From an uncultured bacterium (GTDB lineage Bacteria; Hydrogenedentota; Hydrogenedentia; Hydrogenedentales; JAEUWI01), in assembly GCA_963977445.1 (NCBI GenBank), contig CAXBPH010000074.1, forward strand, positions 1 through 27,696: 27,696 nucleotides of DNA, in the 5' to 3' direction. Shown here one piece after another: positions 25,660-27,696 of this stretch. The notes beneath the pieces are model-generated. The model had not been told where the DNA came from, did no database searches, and saw nothing but the letters and a program-made list of their open reading frames with translations. Each line of letters begins with the position of its first letter. Position 1 is the first letter of the stretch. The position numbers and the translations under genes were made by a program.

Positions 25660-27363
25660 CTACGCATTGCGTTGCATCCGGTATAGGAGGGGGAGCCAGA
25701 TTATAGGACACATGAGCGTCATCGTAAGGTAGAAGGCAGTATCACTATCCACGAGTCCGGCGTTGTAGGGCAGATCATCCAAGACGTAGGCCAGCGAGGG
25801 GGCTATCACCGCGAAAGCCACAACGAGGCCATTTCGCTGGGTCTTGGAAATCAGGCTTGCGGAACGTGCGTAGTGGAGGGTAGCCATGAGTATTAGGGCA
25901 GATAGCACTAGGTGGACAAGGCCAACGTTTGCTTGAAGCAGCAGGTGATTTTCTACAGAGGTGTATAAACTTAGTAGTGGTACCAATACGGCGAGGGATG
26001 CCAGGGAAATCCACGCCCATGGTAGTGGCACGCTGCACCGTTTGTGCGCCAATGCACCCAGAATAAAAATCGTTACCGGTGGCACAAGAAAGATTGCCGA
26101 GATGCTCCACCATTCTGAATTGTCCTCGAAAGTAAAAATGGATTGGAGTGCTATCAGAATGGGTATGAGGGGCAACAGGGTCAGGCAGATAACGCGACCG
26201 CACGTGAGGGCTACAAACCATACCGGCGCGGTCGCCACGACCAGGGCGAATAAATAGGGCATGGCAACGCCTTCGGGTAGAAGCGGCGCGCCAGCGGCCG
26301 CCCGGAAGGCCAAAGCGGCACCAAGTATGCCCATGATACCGGTGAGGGCCAGGGCCGTGGCGATAGCCGCAGCCCAAAGACGGGCTTGCTTTATTCCGTC
26401 TTCCGCCAAGGGAACTGCCAGGAGAAATCGGGTGCTTTTCCGGCCGGTAAACTCCCAGAGAAAACCCACGGTAAAGGCAATGCCCAATCCCAATCCACCG
26501 ATTGGGCTCTCGTAGACATCAAATTCCATATCCGTCAGGATGGTGAGCGGCATCAGTACCAATAACGTCGCAGTAACGAGGAAAATCGGTAGCCACAGTG
26601 TCACATCCCTACACTCGAACCAGACTTGGGTCCAGATCGGGGTGGCGGGTAGTTTCTGGAGCAATCCCTTACGCGGTGCTCCGGCAGTCTTTCTCGGGAG
26701 ATGCTTCATCAATGCATTGTTTGTCCGTGTACCGCTACCGTGTCGTGCATCGTAACCGGCGTGTATGCAGAGGGCCGCAAGGGGTAGGGTGATGATGACT
26801 AGTGCGGCGGCGACCCGCAGGCTGGCATCGACAATGGGTGTGGTCACGAAGGCGCAGATAACAATCAAAGAGACGAACCACACAATCATTTTGCCTACGG
26901 TGACTGACGTGTCGTTTCGCACTTGCAGGAAGGTCGCCCACTGGAGGGAGAACGCGAGGACGACGGAGAACAGGAGCAGATTGACGGTCCAGATAGACCA
27001 GCGGTAGGAATTCATAAACAAATAGAAAAAACAGAGAAGGGTGTGCGTTGTCGTGAGCAGTATGCGATAAAACAGCGTCGTGCCGAGCAGCAGGGAAGTA
27101 CGAATCGGCAGCGTGGCGAGTCGGCCTGGAAAGTGGAAGTGCAGCCCGACAGCGTTTTGCTCGGTGAATATCAGGATGATACCGGCAAACCAGAGGAGGA
27201 TAGACGGATAGATGAAAAGTTCATCATCGACATATATCAAGGTATTGGAATCGACATAGGCTGCAATGAAAAAAATACCGACAGTGAAGGCCCATATGGC
27301 ACCCAGTACGAGGCCTTGCTGACGCCATTGAGCCCAGGCGAGCATATATAATTTTTTCCGCAT
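25660..27363 (-). CDS. Polytopic membrane protein, two fused ABC-2 permease-like halves (paralogue 2)
   Basis: LAWAQWRQ/TQVWFECR and LATLPIRT/LLAVPLAED half-motifs; WLPI shared with paralogue 1; SD GGAG. Confidence 0.82.
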   Translation of the reverse strand: MRKKLYMLAWAQWRQQGLVLGAIWAFTVGIFFIAAYVDSNTLIYVDDELFIYPSILLWFAGIILIFTEQNAVGLHFHFPGRLATLPIRTSLLLGTTLFYRILLTTTHTLLCFFYLFMNSYRWSIWTVNLLLFSVVLAFSLQWATFLQVRNDTSVTVGKMIVWFVSLIVICAFVTTPIVDASLRVAAALVIITLPLAALCIHAGYDARHGSGTRTNNALMKHLPRKTAGAPRKGLLQKLPATPIWTQVWFECRDVTLWLPIFLVTATLLVLMPLTILTDMEFDVYESPIGGLGLGIAFTVGFLWEFTGRKSTRFLLAVPLAEDGIKQARLWAAAIATALALTGIMGILGAALAFRAAAGAPLLPEGVAMPYLFALVVATAPVWFVALTCGRVICLTLLPLIPILIALQSIFTFEDNSEWWSISAIFLVPPVTIFILGALAHKRCSVPLPWAWISLASLAVLVPLLSLYTSVENHLLLQANVGLVHLVLSALILMATLHYARSASLISKTQRNGLVVAFAVIAPSLAYVLDDLPYNAGLVDSDTAFYLTMTLMCPIIWLPLLYRMQRNA

Positions 27364-27389
27364 GGATTAGCGCTCCGCTTGTGAAGGAA

Positions 27390-27696
27390 GTGTCGCCCCT
27401 TCAGGGCTGTTAGATAGGGATGGGTCGTATTTCCAGGACGTTGTTCGCCGCGGCGAACTATGCTGCGGCTGCCCCGTTGGGGCGTTTTTGGTTGACCTGT
27501 GAGTCAGCGATGTCGCAATCACTGTCCTGTATGTACCTGCTTGAATTGCGCGCGCCTCGTGTCGGGCAGAACCAAAATAGGCAAAAGGACGGACGGTACG
27601 TAACCGAAGGTCAACAAGGCCGCAGTAGCGCCCGTTGCTGGTTCTTCGGGGAGCCCTGTCGTTTTCAAGATGACTGCCGTCAACAAAGCAACGGCG
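27390..27696. repeat. Composite repeat unit copy 3, truncated by the window edge
   Basis: Direct repeat of 23882-24188 at offset 3508; begins with the reverse REP-A module 26 nt upstream of paralogue 2. Confidence 0.92.

Noticed and set aside
23881..27696. CRISPR array or integron attC cassette array
   Set aside because: No regularly spaced 25-45 bp direct repeats with unique spacers, no cas or intI gene, and no clear RYYYAAC...GTTRRRY boxes.

Overview
Bacterial chromosomal window of moderately high GC. Left to right: a hybrid PAS histidine kinase/receiver (-); a secreted heparinase II/III-family lyase and a macro-domain protein (+); a tightly coupled exbB-exbD-TPR-VWA-GHMP kinase operon with no TonB/TolA (+); a convergent fliW-csrA-hypothetical-three-glycosyltransferase operon, probably for flagellin or surface glycosylation (-); small DCC, META and pilin-like genes (-); and two diverged paralogous ABC-2-permease-like membrane genes (-). 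The most unusual part is 23.9-27.7 kb. A composite ~0.9 kb repeat unit occurs three times, upstream of and between the membrane genes. It is built from two nested REP-like inverted-repeat families, carries what looks like the 3' end of a further membrane paralogue, and its inner 30-bp arms are each interrupted by the same 21-bp hairpin inserted 5' of ACC. Other points of interest are a CsrA-type site in the fliW-csrA leader, a structured leader on the pilin-like gene, and a galactokinase-like enzyme with an altered sugar-binding motif. All calls come from reading the sequence by eye; no searches were run.
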